Part shown: positions 48,189-58,656 of the stretch, one piece after another | Position numbering within the stretch: position 1 is the first letter of the stretch | Layout of the letters: every line of letters starts with the position of its first letter | Source: an uncultured Gemmatimonadales bacterium | Lineage (GTDB): Bacteria > Gemmatimonadota > Gemmatimonadetes > Longimicrobiales > Gaopeijiaceae | DNA: 64,000 nucleotides | Direction of reading: 5' to 3' | NCBI GenBank assembly: GCA_963823035.1 | Contig: CAWGKG010000010.1 | Span: 412,071-476,070 of the forward strand | Program-made: the position numbers and the translations under genes | Notes under the pieces: model-generated | Database searches by the model: none | What the model saw: the letters and a program-made list of their open reading frames with translations, nothing else | What the model was told of the DNA's origin: nothing

Positions 48189-49654
48189 TTCCCCTGGTCG
48201 TGGTGGAGAACCCGAAGCGCTGGCCCTTCGACATGGAGGGGGTCGAGGTCGTGCCCGCTCGGGCGTACCTCGTCGAGCCGCGCTACGCGGAGATGAAGCG
48301 CGTCACGGTCTTCAACGTCTGCCGGCGCTACGGCTACCAGAGCGTCGGCTACTACGTGTCGCTGCTCGCGGCCGCGCGCGGCCACCGCCCCATGCCGTCC
48401 GTCTCCACCCTTCAGTCGTTGACGATGTCGCCCATCCTGCGCATCGTCTCGGAAGACCTCGACGAGCTGATGCAGAAGGCGCTGGCACAGATCCGCTCGG
48501 AGGAGTTCAGCCTGAGCGTGTACTTCGGGAAGAACGTGGCCCGCCGCTACGACCGACTCAGCCGGGCGCTCTTCAACCAGTTCCCCGCGCCTTTCCTGCG
48601 CGCGCGCTTCGCGTGGGAGGAGGGCAAGTGGAGGCTGTCGGCCGTGCGGGCCATCGCGGCGGCCGAGATTCCGGAATCGCACCAGGACTTCGTCGTCCAG
48701 CGCGCGCGCGAGTACTTCGATCGCCCCACGCGCGTCGTCTCGCGCAGCCCGGACACGCGGTACGACATGGCCATTCTGTGGGCCGCGGACGATCCGCGCC
48801 CGCCCTCCAACGAGCGTGGCATCCGCCGCCTCACACGCGCCGCGGCCCGACAGGGGATCGGGGTGGAGATCATCGGCCCCGACGACTACGGGCGCCTGGC
48901 CGAGTTCGACGCGCTGTTCATCCGGGAGACGACGGCCGTCAACCACCACACCTTCCGCTTCGCGCAGCGCGCCGTCGCCGAGGGTCTCGTGGTGCTCGAC
49001 GATCCGGAGTCGATCATCCGGTGCGGGAACAAGGTCTACCAGGCCGAGCTCTTCGAGCGGCACAAGATCCCCGCGCCGCGCACGATCGTGGTGCACGAGG
49101 GCAACGTCGGCGAGGTGGCCGCCCGCGTCGGGCTTCCCTGCGTGCTCAAGAAGCCGGACGGCTCGTTCTCGGCGGGCGTCGCGAAGGTCGAGTCGCAGCC
49201 GGAGCTGTACGAGCGGCTGGACACGCTCTTCGAACAGTCGGAGCTCGTGGTGGCCCAGGAGTGGACGCCGTCCGCCTTCGACTGGCGGGTGGGGGTGCTC
49301 GACGGCCAGCCCCTTTACGTGTGCCGCTACCACATGGCCAAGGGCCACTGGCAGATCATCGATGACCGAGGGGCGAGCACGAGCTACGGCAGCGTCGAGC
49401 CGGTGGCCCTCGAGGAAACGCCCAAGACGGTGCTCGAGGTGGCGGTGAGGGCGGCGGGCCTGATCGGCGACGGGCTCTACGGTGTCGACCTCAAGGAGGT
49501 GAACGGCCGCGTGGTCGTCATGGAGGTGAACGACAACCCGAATCTCGACGCGGGCTACGAGGACGGCATTCTGAAGGACCAGCTCTGGGACGAGATCATC
49601 CGCTGGTTCCGGGTGCGGCTCGACCGACGGGGCATGGAGGAGCGGCGGGCGTGA
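48185..49654 (+). CDS. RimK-family ATP-grasp ligase with an N-terminal RLAN domain
   Basis: NVCRRYGYQSVGYYVSLLAAARGH (RLAN), FDALFIRETT, NKVY, VLKKPDGSFS, YGVDLK, EVNDNPN. Confidence 0.92.
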   Translation: MIPLVVVENPKRWPFDMEGVEVVPARAYLVEPRYAEMKRVTVFNVCRRYGYQSVGYYVSLLAAARGHRPMPSVSTLQSLTMSPILRIVSEDLDELMQKALAQIRSEEFSLSVYFGKNVARRYDRLSRALFNQFPAPFLRARFAWEEGKWRLSAVRAIAAAEIPESHQDFVVQRAREYFDRPTRVVSRSPDTRYDMAILWAADDPRPPSNERGIRRLTRAAARQGIGVEIIGPDDYGRLAEFDALFIRETTAVNHHTFRFAQRAVAEGLVVLDDPESIIRCGNKVYQAELFERHKIPAPRTIVVHEGNVGEVAARVGLPCVLKKPDGSFSAGVAKVESQPELYERLDTLFEQSELVVAQEWTPSAFDWRVGVLDGQPLYVCRYHMAKGHWQIIDDRGASTSYGSVEPVALEETPKTVLEVAVRAAGLIGDGLYGVDLKEVNGRVVVMEVNDNPNLDAGYEDGILKDQLWDEIIRWFRVRLDRRGMEERRA

Positions 49655-50929
49655 CCGAAGACGGCGGCAAGCCCACGACCGTCCTCCCGGAGCGCGGCCG
49701 CCCGGGGCTTTTCGAGGCGTACGGCGTCGAGGTCGAGTTGATGATCGTCGACGCGGACACGCTCTCGGTCCGACCGGAGTGCGACGTGCTCATGGAGCGC
49801 GTCGCCGGCGCCCCGGGGTCGGACATCGAGCTCGGCGCCATCGCCTGGTCCAACGAGCTCACGCTGCACGTGCTGGAGTTGAAGACGAACGGTCCTGCCC
49901 CGTCCCTCTCGGGTCTGGTCCCGGAGCTGCGCGCGAGCGTGGCGCGGGCGAACGACGAGCTCGTCGCGATGGGCGCGCGCCTCATGCCCGGCGCCGTGCA
50001 CCCGTGGATGGACCCGGCCACGGAGACCGAGCTGTGGCCGCACGAGTACACGGAGGTCTACCACACCTTCGACCGGATCTTCGGCTGCTCGGGCCACGGG
50101 TGGGCGAACCTGCAGAGCACGCACCTCAACCTCCCCTTCCACGGAGACGAGGAGTTCGGGCGCCTGCACGCCGCCATCCGCCTCGTGCTCCCGCTCATCC
50201 CCGCGCTCTCCGCCGCGTCCCCCTATCTGGACGGTCGCGGAGCGCCGGAGCGCTCGACGCCCGGCTCGTGGCCTACCGGGGCAACGCGCGCCGCGTCCCG
50301 TCGGTGTCGGGGCTCGTCGTGCCCGAGCCCGCCCATCACGCAAGCGCAGTACGAGACCGAGATCCTGGCGCGCATCTACCGCGACCTCACGCCGCACGAT
50401 CCCGAGGGGGTGCTGCACCACGAGTGGGCGAACGCGCGCGGTGCCATCGCCCGCTTCGATCGAGGTACCGTGGAAGTCCGGGTCATCGACGCGCAGGAAT
50501 GCCCGTCGGCGGACGTCGCGGTCGTGGCGGCGGTCAGCTCCGCGGTGCAGGCGTTGTCGATGGGCGCGCTCGCCGGGCGGGACCTTCGCGCCGACCCGGA
50601 CACGGAGGATCTCGCGGCCATTCTCGAGGCGACGACCCTGGACGCCGAGCGGGCGGAGGTGGCGCATCCGGGACTGCTCTCCGCGCTGGGCCTGTCGGGG
50701 CAGGCCGCGGCCCGCCGGGGACGTGTGGCGCGCCCTTCTCGACCGCTTCCCCCCGGACGACCCGGCGGGCGAGTGGACGGATGCGCTCGACACGATCCTG
50801 CGCGCCGGTCCGCTGGCCCGTCGCCTGCTGGCCGCCGCTGGAGCCTCGCCGGAGCGGGCACGGATGCGTGAGGTGTGGGGTCGGCTGTGCGCGTGCCTCG
50901 CGGACGACGAGCCGTTCGAGGGGGCTTGA
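49651..50929 (+). CDS. Glutamate-cysteine ligase family 2 (GCS2) carboxylate-amine ligase (frameshifts near 50240, 50333, 50710)
   Basis: GVEVELMIVD, SNEL..HVLELKT, GAVHPWM, QSTHLN, SAASPY, NARGAIARFDRGTVEVRVIDAQ. The C-terminus is in another frame ending at 50929. Confidence 0.85.
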
Positions 50930-51660
50930 GCCGACCGGCGCGCCCCCGCGCGGCCCCGGCGATCCTCGTCACCTGCGAGCACGGCGGCCACCGCGTTCCG
51001 GCGGCGTACGCCGCGCTCTTCAGCGATGCCGAGGCCGCGCTCCTCTCGCATCGCGGGTGGGACGCCGGGGCGCTGCTCCTCGCCCGCGGCCTCGCCCGCC
51101 GGCTCGGAGCCGCGCTGATCACGGCTACGACGTCCCGCCTGGTGGTGGACCCGAACCGGTCGGCGCGCCATCCGCACGTGTTCTCCGAGTGGACGAGGAG
51201 GCTCTCCGTGGAGGATCGGCGCGAGCTGCTCCGTCGACACCACGAGCCGCACCGTCTGCGCGTCGACGCGCAGGTCGCGACGGCCCTCGCCGAGGGACGG
51301 CCCGTGCTTCACCTCGGCGTGCACACCTTCACACCGGTGCTGAACGGGCAGGTGCGGCGCGCCGACGTGGCGCTCCTCTACGATCCGGCGCGCGCGCGCG
51401 AGCGTACCCTGTGCGGCGCGTGGGTCGCCGCGATCGCTGCCGTGCTCCCCGACCTGGCGGTGCGCCGCAACCAGCCCTACCGCGGCGCCACGGACGGGCT
51501 CACCACGTGGCTGCGCGGGCGCCACCCGGTGCGATACCTGGGCATCGAGCTCGAGGTGAATCAGCGGCTGCTCGGGTCCTCGGGCCGCTTTCCCGACCGG
51601 ATCGCGGACGCCGTGGCCCGAGGGCTCGCTACCGCCCTGGAGGCGAGCGCGACCCTCTGA
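50926..51660 (+). CDS. N-formylglutamate amidohydrolase family protein
   Basis: VTCEHGGHRVP, SHRGWDAGA, SRLVVDPNR, VHTFTP, RNQPY, IELEV. Confidence 0.9.
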   Translation: MSRPARPRAAPAILVTCEHGGHRVPAAYAALFSDAEAALLSHRGWDAGALLLARGLARRLGAALITATTSRLVVDPNRSARHPHVFSEWTRRLSVEDRRELLRRHHEPHRLRVDAQVATALAEGRPVLHLGVHTFTPVLNGQVRRADVALLYDPARARERTLCGAWVAAIAAVLPDLAVRRNQPYRGATDGLTTWLRGRHPVRYLGIELEVNQRLLGSSGRFPDRIADAVARGLATALEASATL

Positions 51661-51711
51661 CACCATATTCCTCGACGTCCGTCAAGAATCCCTCGCGCCA
51701 AGGAGCCTCCC

Positions 51712-53943
51712 ATGCGTGGGCTCTCCGTGATCGTCCCGCTCCTCTCGGCCGCTGCCCTGGCGGCGCCCCTCGCCGCCCAGCAGGGCGGGCGACCCTTCAC
51801 CACCGAGGACGCGTTGGACGTCCGGTCCGTGCGCGTGGCCGACGTGACCGAGGACGGCCGCAGGGTGGCCGCGACCGTTCAGACCCGCCGCGACCGCTCG
51901 GGGGTGGACCATTTCCGATTCGGCGATCCCACCTACGTCGCGCTGTCGCTCGGAGAGCTCCTCGTGATCGACACGCAGGACGGATCCGTCCGGTCGCTCT
52001 TTCCGGAGCACGAACAGCTGCGCGGTGCGGCCTGGTCGCCGGACGGCACGCGCCTGGCGTTCTACAAGCTGGACGACGGCCAGTATCGTCTGTACGTCCA
52101 CGAAGCCGCCTCCGGACGGACGCGGCCCGTTCGCCTGCGTACCTCCCGCGAACTCGCATCGAACGCGCCGCTCGAGTGGTCACCCGACGGGGCTTCGGTG
52201 CTCGTTTCCCTGCGCCCGGAGGGGTGGGCGGAGCGCGCGAGGCGGGCGTTCCTCGACCTCACCGAGGGGCCCGTGGTGGTCCAGGACTCCCGCGACGACT
52301 TCCTCGACTGGGACCGCGTGCGCAACCTCGACGCCCGGGAGACCCCCGCGCTCGTTCAGCTGTCCGACGGGGCCGTTCGGGAGCTCCCGGAGGACACCGG
52401 GGTGCGTGCGCCCCGCTTCTCGGCTGACGGTACCTGGCTCGCCTACGAGGTCGCTCGCCCCGAGAAGACCTCGTACGAGCGCGCCAAGGGGACGGAGTAC
52501 GTGGCCGTGCGCCTGAACCTGCGGAGCGGAACGGCGGATACACTGCTCGGGCCGGTGGAACGGCGCATCGACGGACAGTGGAGCGAGGACGCGGCGGCGT
52601 TCGCCTGGGCCGAGCGTGGCAACGTCTTCGTCCGCTTCGCGGATGCCGACAGCGCCCGCAACCTCACGGAAGCCCATCGCACGCCGACGACGGGCGAGGA
52701 CACGACCAAGCTCGCCTTTTCCCTCGAGGCGTGGCGGCAGGACGGAGGCGCGCTACTCGTCCGGTCGCGCGAGGGCTACCACCTCGTCGATCCCCGGGCC
52801 GGAAGCGTCGAGGTCGTCGTGCCGTTCCAGGGCGATGAGGAGACCCGTCCGCGCCTCGACCTCCAGCGCTGGAGCGCCGACGGACGCTACCTGTACCTGA
52901 GCACGTCGGCCCGCGACCGGTGGGATCGCGGGCTCGTGCGCTACGACCTCCAGGGGCGCCGGACCGAGGATCTGGTGAAGGACGCCAACCTGTACGCCGA
53001 CTGGAACGTCTCGGAGGACGGGAGCCGGGTGGTCTACCGCATGTCGGACGGGGACCGGCCGGACGAGCTGTACGCGGCGGACGCCCGCTTCTCGGACCCG
53101 CGACGCCTGACGGACCTCAACCCCCAGCTCGACGGCGTCGCGCTCACGCGCTCGGAGCTGGTCGACTACCTCGACGTGGACGGAAAGCACCTCTACGGCG
53201 TGCTGTACTACCCCTACGGTTACGAGACCGGGAAGAAGTACCCCCTCGTGGCGGAGGTCTACGAGACCTTCTTCGACAACGGCTACAACGAGAACATGAA
53301 CCTCATCGCGGCGCGCGGCTGGTTCGCCTTCCGCCCGTCCGTGCACCTCGTGGAGGGCTATCCGGGGGAGGCCTGGCTGAAGGGCGTCACCACCGGGATC
53401 AACACGCTCATCGACCGCGGGCTGGTGGACGAGAAGCGGCTCGGCGTGGAGGGGCAGAGCTACGGCGGCTACGCCGTGAACCTCCTGGTCACGCAGACGA
53501 ACCGCTTCGCGGCGGCCGTCAACGTCTCGGGGAAGGTCGACATCATCTCCTTCCTGGGCGACAGCGAGAAGATCACCACGCGCAACTACAACGCGGCCGA
53601 GGAGGGACAGGACCGCATCGGCGCGACGCTGTGGGAGCAGCCGCAGAAGTACGTCGCGCATTCGGCGATCATGTTCGCCGACCGCATCGAGACGCCGCTC
53701 CTCCTGCTCACGGGGCAGGGGGACTGGAACGTGCCCGCCACGAACGAGCGCGAGATGTACTACGCGCTACGCCGCCTCGGGAAGGAGGTGGTGTGGGTGA
53801 ACTACATGCACGGCGGACACGGCGCGGGCCGGGCGAGCACGGTGGAGGACTTCCACGATCACTGGAAGCGGCTGCTCGACTGGATGGGGGAGCACTTCGA
53901 AGCGGTGGGCGCGAAGGCGGCGGCTACGGACGGCGGTCGGTAG
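51712..53943 (+). CDS. Secreted S9 family (prolyl oligopeptidase-like) peptidase
   Basis: Signal peptide, beta-propeller WSPDG repeats, GQSYGGY nucleophile, GQGDWNV, GGHG. Confidence 0.92.
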   Translation: MRGLSVIVPLLSAAALAAPLAAQQGGRPFTTEDALDVRSVRVADVTEDGRRVAATVQTRRDRSGVDHFRFGDPTYVALSLGELLVIDTQDGSVRSLFPEHEQLRGAAWSPDGTRLAFYKLDDGQYRLYVHEAASGRTRPVRLRTSRELASNAPLEWSPDGASVLVSLRPEGWAERARRAFLDLTEGPVVVQDSRDDFLDWDRVRNLDARETPALVQLSDGAVRELPEDTGVRAPRFSADGTWLAYEVARPEKTSYERAKGTEYVAVRLNLRSGTADTLLGPVERRIDGQWSEDAAAFAWAERGNVFVRFADADSARNLTEAHRTPTTGEDTTKLAFSLEAWRQDGGALLVRSREGYHLVDPRAGSVEVVVPFQGDEETRPRLDLQRWSADGRYLYLSTSARDRWDRGLVRYDLQGRRTEDLVKDANLYADWNVSEDGSRVVYRMSDGDRPDELYAADARFSDPRRLTDLNPQLDGVALTRSELVDYLDVDGKHLYGVLYYPYGYETGKKYPLVAEVYETFFDNGYNENMNLIAARGWFAFRPSVHLVEGYPGEAWLKGVTTGINTLIDRGLVDEKRLGVEGQSYGGYAVNLLVTQTNRFAAAVNVSGKVDIISFLGDSEKITTRNYNAAEEGQDRIGATLWEQPQKYVAHSAIMFADRIETPLLLLTGQGDWNVPATNEREMYYALRRLGKEVVWVNYMHGGHGAGRASTVEDFHDHWKRLLDWMGEHFEAVGAKAAATDGGR

Positions 53944-53946
53944 GGC

Positions 53947-53972
53947 GGAGGCCGCGCCGCGGCGCGGCCTCC
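53947..53972. terminator. Perfect 26-nt palindrome between convergent genes
   Basis: GGAGGCCGCGCCGCGGCGCGGCCTCC. Confidence 0.5.
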
Positions 53973-54033
53973 CCGGGCGGGCCTTCGCGTCCACCTCGCC
54001 GGGGGACCCGCCGGTTGGACCGGGGCGTTCGGG

Positions 54034-55365
54034 TCACACGGCGGGGGCGGCGCCCAGGACGTCGGTCAGGAGCCACCAGACGCAGGCTGCCAGCACGGCG
54101 GTGGGGATGACCCAGCGGAGCCATCCGGCCAGGAGGCGGTCGGGCGTGGAGGGCCGCTCGCCGCCCAGTTGGCGCAGGAGGTCGCCGCGGCGCATCGCCC
54201 ACCCGACCGTGGCCACCGCCACGAGCGCGCCGAACGTCTGCCCGCCCGAGCCGAACGTCAGGTCCCACGGGACGAAGATGCGCAGGTTGATCATCGGTGG
54301 GAGCGCCAGGAGGAGGACGGCGGCGCCGACGGTCCACACGGCGCGACGTCGCGTCCAGGCGGCGGCCTCCACCAGGCCGGCGACGAGCACCTCGTAGGCG
54401 GCGATCCCCGAGAGGAGCGCGGCGCCCCCCAGGGATCCGAAGAAGAGGACACCGAACATCCAGCCGGCGGGGAGGCGCGCGAAGAGCTCGGGCATCGTGG
54501 CGAAGAGGAGGCCCGGCCCCGACCCGGGTTCGAGCCCGAGGGCGAACACGGCCGGAAAGATCGCGAGGCCGGCGAGGAGGCCGGCTGCGGTGTCGCCTGC
54601 GACCGTAAGGGCGGCGTCGGCGCGCAGGCCGGCTCCGTCGTCCAGGTACGACCCGTACGTCACCATGAACGTGCCGCCCAGCGCGAGGGAGAAGACCACC
54701 TGGCCGAGCGCGGCCATGGTCACGGACCCGGTGACGTCCTCGGGCTTGAACGCGAAGAGCCACCGTACGCCCTCTCCGGCGCCGGGGAGCGTGAGGGAGC
54801 GCACGATCAGCGCGAGGAGGCTGAGGAACAGGATCGGCATCAGGATCCGGCTCGCGCGCTCGATCCCCGCGCGCAACCCGCGCAGCACCACCGCCGCTTC
54901 GGCGGCGAGGACCACGAGCGTGAAACCGACTTGCAGCCCGAACGACACACCGGAGAAGCCGCGCTCCGGCGGGAGGATGCGCGACGCGTCCAGCGGGTGT
55001 CCGAGCGGAGTGAGCGCCTCGGCCACGGCGTGGCACACCACCCAGCCGATCGCGTTGTTGTAGTAGGCGATCGCGGCCAACACGACGACCGCGAGGAGCC
55101 GGCCGATCCACCGGCCCCCCGGAACGCCGGCGGCCGCGAAGGCGCCCAACGTGCCCCGGCGCGTGTGCCGGCCGAGCGACCACTCGGCCATGAGCGAGGG
55201 CACCCCGACCAGCACGGCGATCGCGACGTAGAGCAGGACGAACGCCGCGCCGCCGTAGCGGCCCACCATGTACGGGAAGCGCCAGACGTTCCCGAGCCCC
55301 ACGGCCACGCCGATCATCGTGGCGAGCGTGCCGACGCGCGACGCGAACGTCTCGCGTTCGCTCAC
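54034..55365 (-). CDS. Sodium-dependent transporter (NSS/SNF family)
   Basis: AVGLGNVWRFPY, GGAAF, ALGQVVFSLALG, GPGLLF; GTG start overlaps the upstream stop. Confidence 0.93.
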   Translation of the reverse strand: MSERETFASRVGTLATMIGVAVGLGNVWRFPYMVGRYGGAAFVLLYVAIAVLVGVPSLMAEWSLGRHTRRGTLGAFAAAGVPGGRWIGRLLAVVVLAAIAYYNNAIGWVVCHAVAEALTPLGHPLDASRILPPERGFSGVSFGLQVGFTLVVLAAEAAVVLRGLRAGIERASRILMPILFLSLLALIVRSLTLPGAGEGVRWLFAFKPEDVTGSVTMAALGQVVFSLALGGTFMVTYGSYLDDGAGLRADAALTVAGDTAAGLLAGLAIFPAVFALGLEPGSGPGLLFATMPELFARLPAGWMFGVLFFGSLGGAALLSGIAAYEVLVAGLVEAAAWTRRRAVWTVGAAVLLLALPPMINLRIFVPWDLTFGSGGQTFGALVAVATVGWAMRRGDLLRQLGGERPSTPDRLLAGWLRWVIPTAVLAACVWWLLTDVLGAAPAV

Positions 55366-56524
55366 GCGGCCGGCCCCGCGCATACCTCGACGAGCGCGTC
55401 CAGCGCGCGGTCGACGTCCTCCGTCGTGTTGTAGAAGTGCGGCGCGAGGCGGATGGCCGGGCCGCGCGCGGAGGCGATGATGCCACGCTCGCGCAGGGCG
55501 GCCTCCACCGCGTGGCTGTCCGCGCACGCGAAGGCGGTCGAGGGCGAGCGCAGTGCCGGATCGGTCGGCCCCATCACGCTGAGCCCGTGCGCCGTGCCCC
55601 GCTCGATCAGACGCCCCGCGAGCGTCTGCGTCCAGGCTGCGATCGCGTCGAGCCCCAGCTCGCGGAGCCACGCCATCCCCGCACGCGCGACGTACGCCTC
55701 CACGATCGGCGGGGTGCCGAGATCGAGGCGGCGCGCGCCCGGGGCCCAGTCCAGCCGGCGTGGCGTCGAAGGCGAAGGGGTCGGCGCGCCCGAACCACCC
55801 GGTGAGCGCCGGTCGCAGCCGATCGGCGAGCCCCGGCCGCACCCACACGAACGCGATCCCGGGGATGCCCATCAGGTACTTCAGGTTGCCGCACGCCACG
55901 AAGTCCGCGCCCGAGGAGGGTGCGTCGAACGGGGCCGTGCCGAGGGACTGGTAGGCGTCGACGTAGAGGAGGGCACCGCGCGCGTGCGCGAGGTCGGCGA
56001 TCGCGCGCACGTCCTGCTTCCATCCGTTCTGGTAGTAGACGTGCGCGGCGGAGACCACGGCGGTGCGCCCGTCGATCGCGGAGGCGTATGCGTCCAGCGG
56101 GATCGTCCCGTCCTCGCCGACCGGGACGTCCACGACCTCCGCGCCGAAGCGCTCCTGCGCGAGCCACACGTGGCCCACGGTCGGAAACTCGGCGCCGCTC
56201 ACCACCACGCGGCAACGGCGTCCCGAGTAGTCGAGCCCGCTGGCGACGCTCGCCGTGGCCTGCGAGACCGACGTGGCCACGGCGACGTCCTCTGCGGCGC
56301 CACCCACCAGCGCGGCGAACTCCGTCTCGCGCGGCCTCCACCTCGGCCATCCACCGGTCCCAATCCATCCCGTCGGCGGCCCAGGAGGCCAGGTAGGCCT
56401 CGGCGGCGGCGCGCGTCGCGTCGCACTGCGGTGCCTGCGAGCACGCGTTCATCGGGACGTGCGTCGCGAGGATCGGAATCCGGCGACGCACCGCGTCCAG
56501 GTCGTAGGCAGGTTCGCTGTTCAT
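55362..56524 (-). CDS. PLP-dependent aminotransferase class V (frameshifts near 56325 and 55750)
   Basis: EFPTV, VDAYQSLG, CGNLKYLMG (PLP Lys) and IRLAPHFYNT spread over three frames. Confidence 0.85.
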
Positions 56525-56599
56525 GAGCGGCACCATAACGGCGCGCGCGGGGCGGCGGCGAGGGCTGAACCCCCGGCGAGCACGGCGGGTAGCAGTATC

Positions 56600-56982
<383 letters not shown>

Positions 56983-57041
56983 CTCCACCCGCGCCCGTCG
57001 CCCCACAGGCGGCGGGCGCGGTTTGCTGGGCGGAGGGCCTT

Positions 57042-57863
57042 GTGTCAATCCGACCACACGCAGACGTCTTCGGCGCTGCGAGCTTGGCGCCGACGCAGGT
57101 GTTCCTCGACGCCATCAACAGCGGGTCCACGGCCCACCACAGCGTGGGGATCGCCTTCGACGGCTCGAGCTACTGGGCTGCGACCGGAGGCACTTCGGGC
57201 GGAACGACCCTGGCGCAGTATGACGCAACGGGCGCGCTGGTCACCACCTACGCCGCCGGCATCGACTTCCGGTCCGTCTTCACCGATGCCGCCGGCGAAG
57301 TGTACGCGCGTGCGCTCGGATCCAGCGACATCCTGCACCAGGACAGCCCCGGATCGTTCTCCACGTTCCTGACCCTCTCGGGAGGAGCGGTGGACGCCCA
57401 ATCCTCGGTCGTCCTGACCGACGCCGGGGACTACGTGGCCATGAGCGGTGGGACGGTGAGCCGCTGGAACTCCGCGGGTGTCTTCCAGGGCTCGATTGCC
57501 CTGTCCGGATGGGGCTCCGTCGCCGGCGAAGTGGACTATCCCGCGAACCGCGGCGTCGCGTCCCTCGGCGGGTATTGGCTGACGTACAGCAACGGGACCC
57601 TGTCGGCGTGGGATGGCGCCGGGACCCGCGTCGGGCAGACGACGCTGACCGGGGCCGGCACGTCGTTCGACTCGCACTTCAGCCTCAGTGCCGCGAATGG
57701 GATGGTCTGGATCACGGACCTGGACGACGGTGGCTCGTGGAGGGGCTACGACGTCCTCTCCACCACCACGGTTCCCGAGCCGTCGAGCGCCGTGTTGGTC
57801 CTCACCGGGCTTCTGGGCGTGGTGGGCGTGCGTCGCCGTCGCTCGCGGGAGCGGGATGCCTAG
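57042..57863 (+). CDS. PEP-CTERM sorting domain protein
   Basis: C-terminal TVPEPSSAVLVLTGLLGVVGVRRRRS. GTG start behind GGAGGG; no clear signal peptide. Confidence 0.85.
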   Translation: MSIRPHADVFGAASLAPTQVFLDAINSGSTAHHSVGIAFDGSSYWAATGGTSGGTTLAQYDATGALVTTYAAGIDFRSVFTDAAGEVYARALGSSDILHQDSPGSFSTFLTLSGGAVDAQSSVVLTDAGDYVAMSGGTVSRWNSAGVFQGSIALSGWGSVAGEVDYPANRGVASLGGYWLTYSNGTLSAWDGAGTRVGQTTLTGAGTSFDSHFSLSAANGMVWITDLDDGGSWRGYDVLSTTTVPEPSSAVLVLTGLLGVVGVRRRRSRERDA

Positions 57864-57875
57864 CCAGGGGCGTCC

Positions 57876-58424
57876 GTGACACCTCCCAGCGGGAACCGGC
57901 CCCCGCGAGTGAGTCCCATGCTCGCGGGGGCCGCGTACTTGGTCGGCGCGACGACCGTGGTCCTGCCGCCCGCCGACACGCTCCTGCAGGTGATGCCGCC
58001 CAGGCTCGGGGAGGTCTCCTGGCGCTTCGGTGCGACGGGTCTGCTGGCGGATACGTTCGCCGCTTCCCTGTTGGGCCTCCTGGTCCTCTACGGAGTTGCC
58101 CTGTTCCTCGGGCAGCCGAGGATGGTCCGGGCGTTGTCGGTCCTCTCCGCGCTTGGCGCCGTGCTGCTGGTGGCGCTCCTCGGACTCTTCGCCCTGGACG
58201 CCCTGAGTATGCGAGCAGTGGCCGTCTCGGAGGCGAAACGCAATTTCGACGTCGCGACCGTGCAGGCGACCGTGAAGACGGGGCTGAGTCTGCTCGCCCT
58301 CCTGGGGCTGGGAATCGGAGGCTGGAAGACCTCCGCCACCGCCCTGCCGCCCAAGGGGAGTGGAGCTACCGGTCCCGGCATCGTCTCGTCGAGCGAGGTC
58401 AGCCGGACCTCGGGGGCCGAATAG
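57876..58424 (+). CDS. Hypothetical 4-TM membrane protein
   Basis: Four hydrophobic segments, a WRFGA motif and coding-like codon usage. Confidence 0.7.
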   Translation: MTPPSGNRPPRVSPMLAGAAYLVGATTVVLPPADTLLQVMPPRLGEVSWRFGATGLLADTFAASLLGLLVLYGVALFLGQPRMVRALSVLSALGAVLLVALLGLFALDALSMRAVAVSEAKRNFDVATVQATVKTGLSLLALLGLGIGGWKTSATALPPKGSGATGPGIVSSSEVSRTSGAE

Positions 58425-58500
58425 GACCAGGGGCGCGGCCTTCGTTCAGCCTTCCCTCGTTGAAGAGAGGCGGCCTCGTGACTAGCTTCATGGCCTTCGC

Positions 58501-58574
58501 GCGCCCGTAGCTCAGTTGGATAGAGCGCATGCCTCCGGAGCATGAGGTCACAGGTTCGAATCCTGTCGGGCGCA
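58501..58574 (+). tRNA. tRNA-Arg(CCG)
   Basis: GCGCCCG acceptor, D-arm GCTCAGTTGGATAGAGC, anticodon arm CATGC-CTCCGGA-GCATG, T-arm ACAGG-TTCGAAT-CCTGT. CCA is not encoded. Confidence 0.97.
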
Positions 58575-58582
58575 TTGAGTGT

Positions 58583-58613
58583 GGCCGGGGTCCGCAAGGA
58601 CCTCGGCCTTCTT
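58583..58613 (+). terminator. Intrinsic terminator after tRNA-Arg
   Basis: GGCCGGGGTCC-GCAA-GGACCTCGGCC followed by TTCTT. Confidence 0.75.
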
Positions 58614-58656
58614 CATTCAAGGGCAGGATTCGAAGCTGTGACCGAACCTGGGCGGT

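Noticed and set aside
54034..56307. 757-aa aminotransferase-transporter fusion
   Set aside because: Artefact of a frameshift near 55750; the aminotransferase C-terminus is in another frame ending at 55362.
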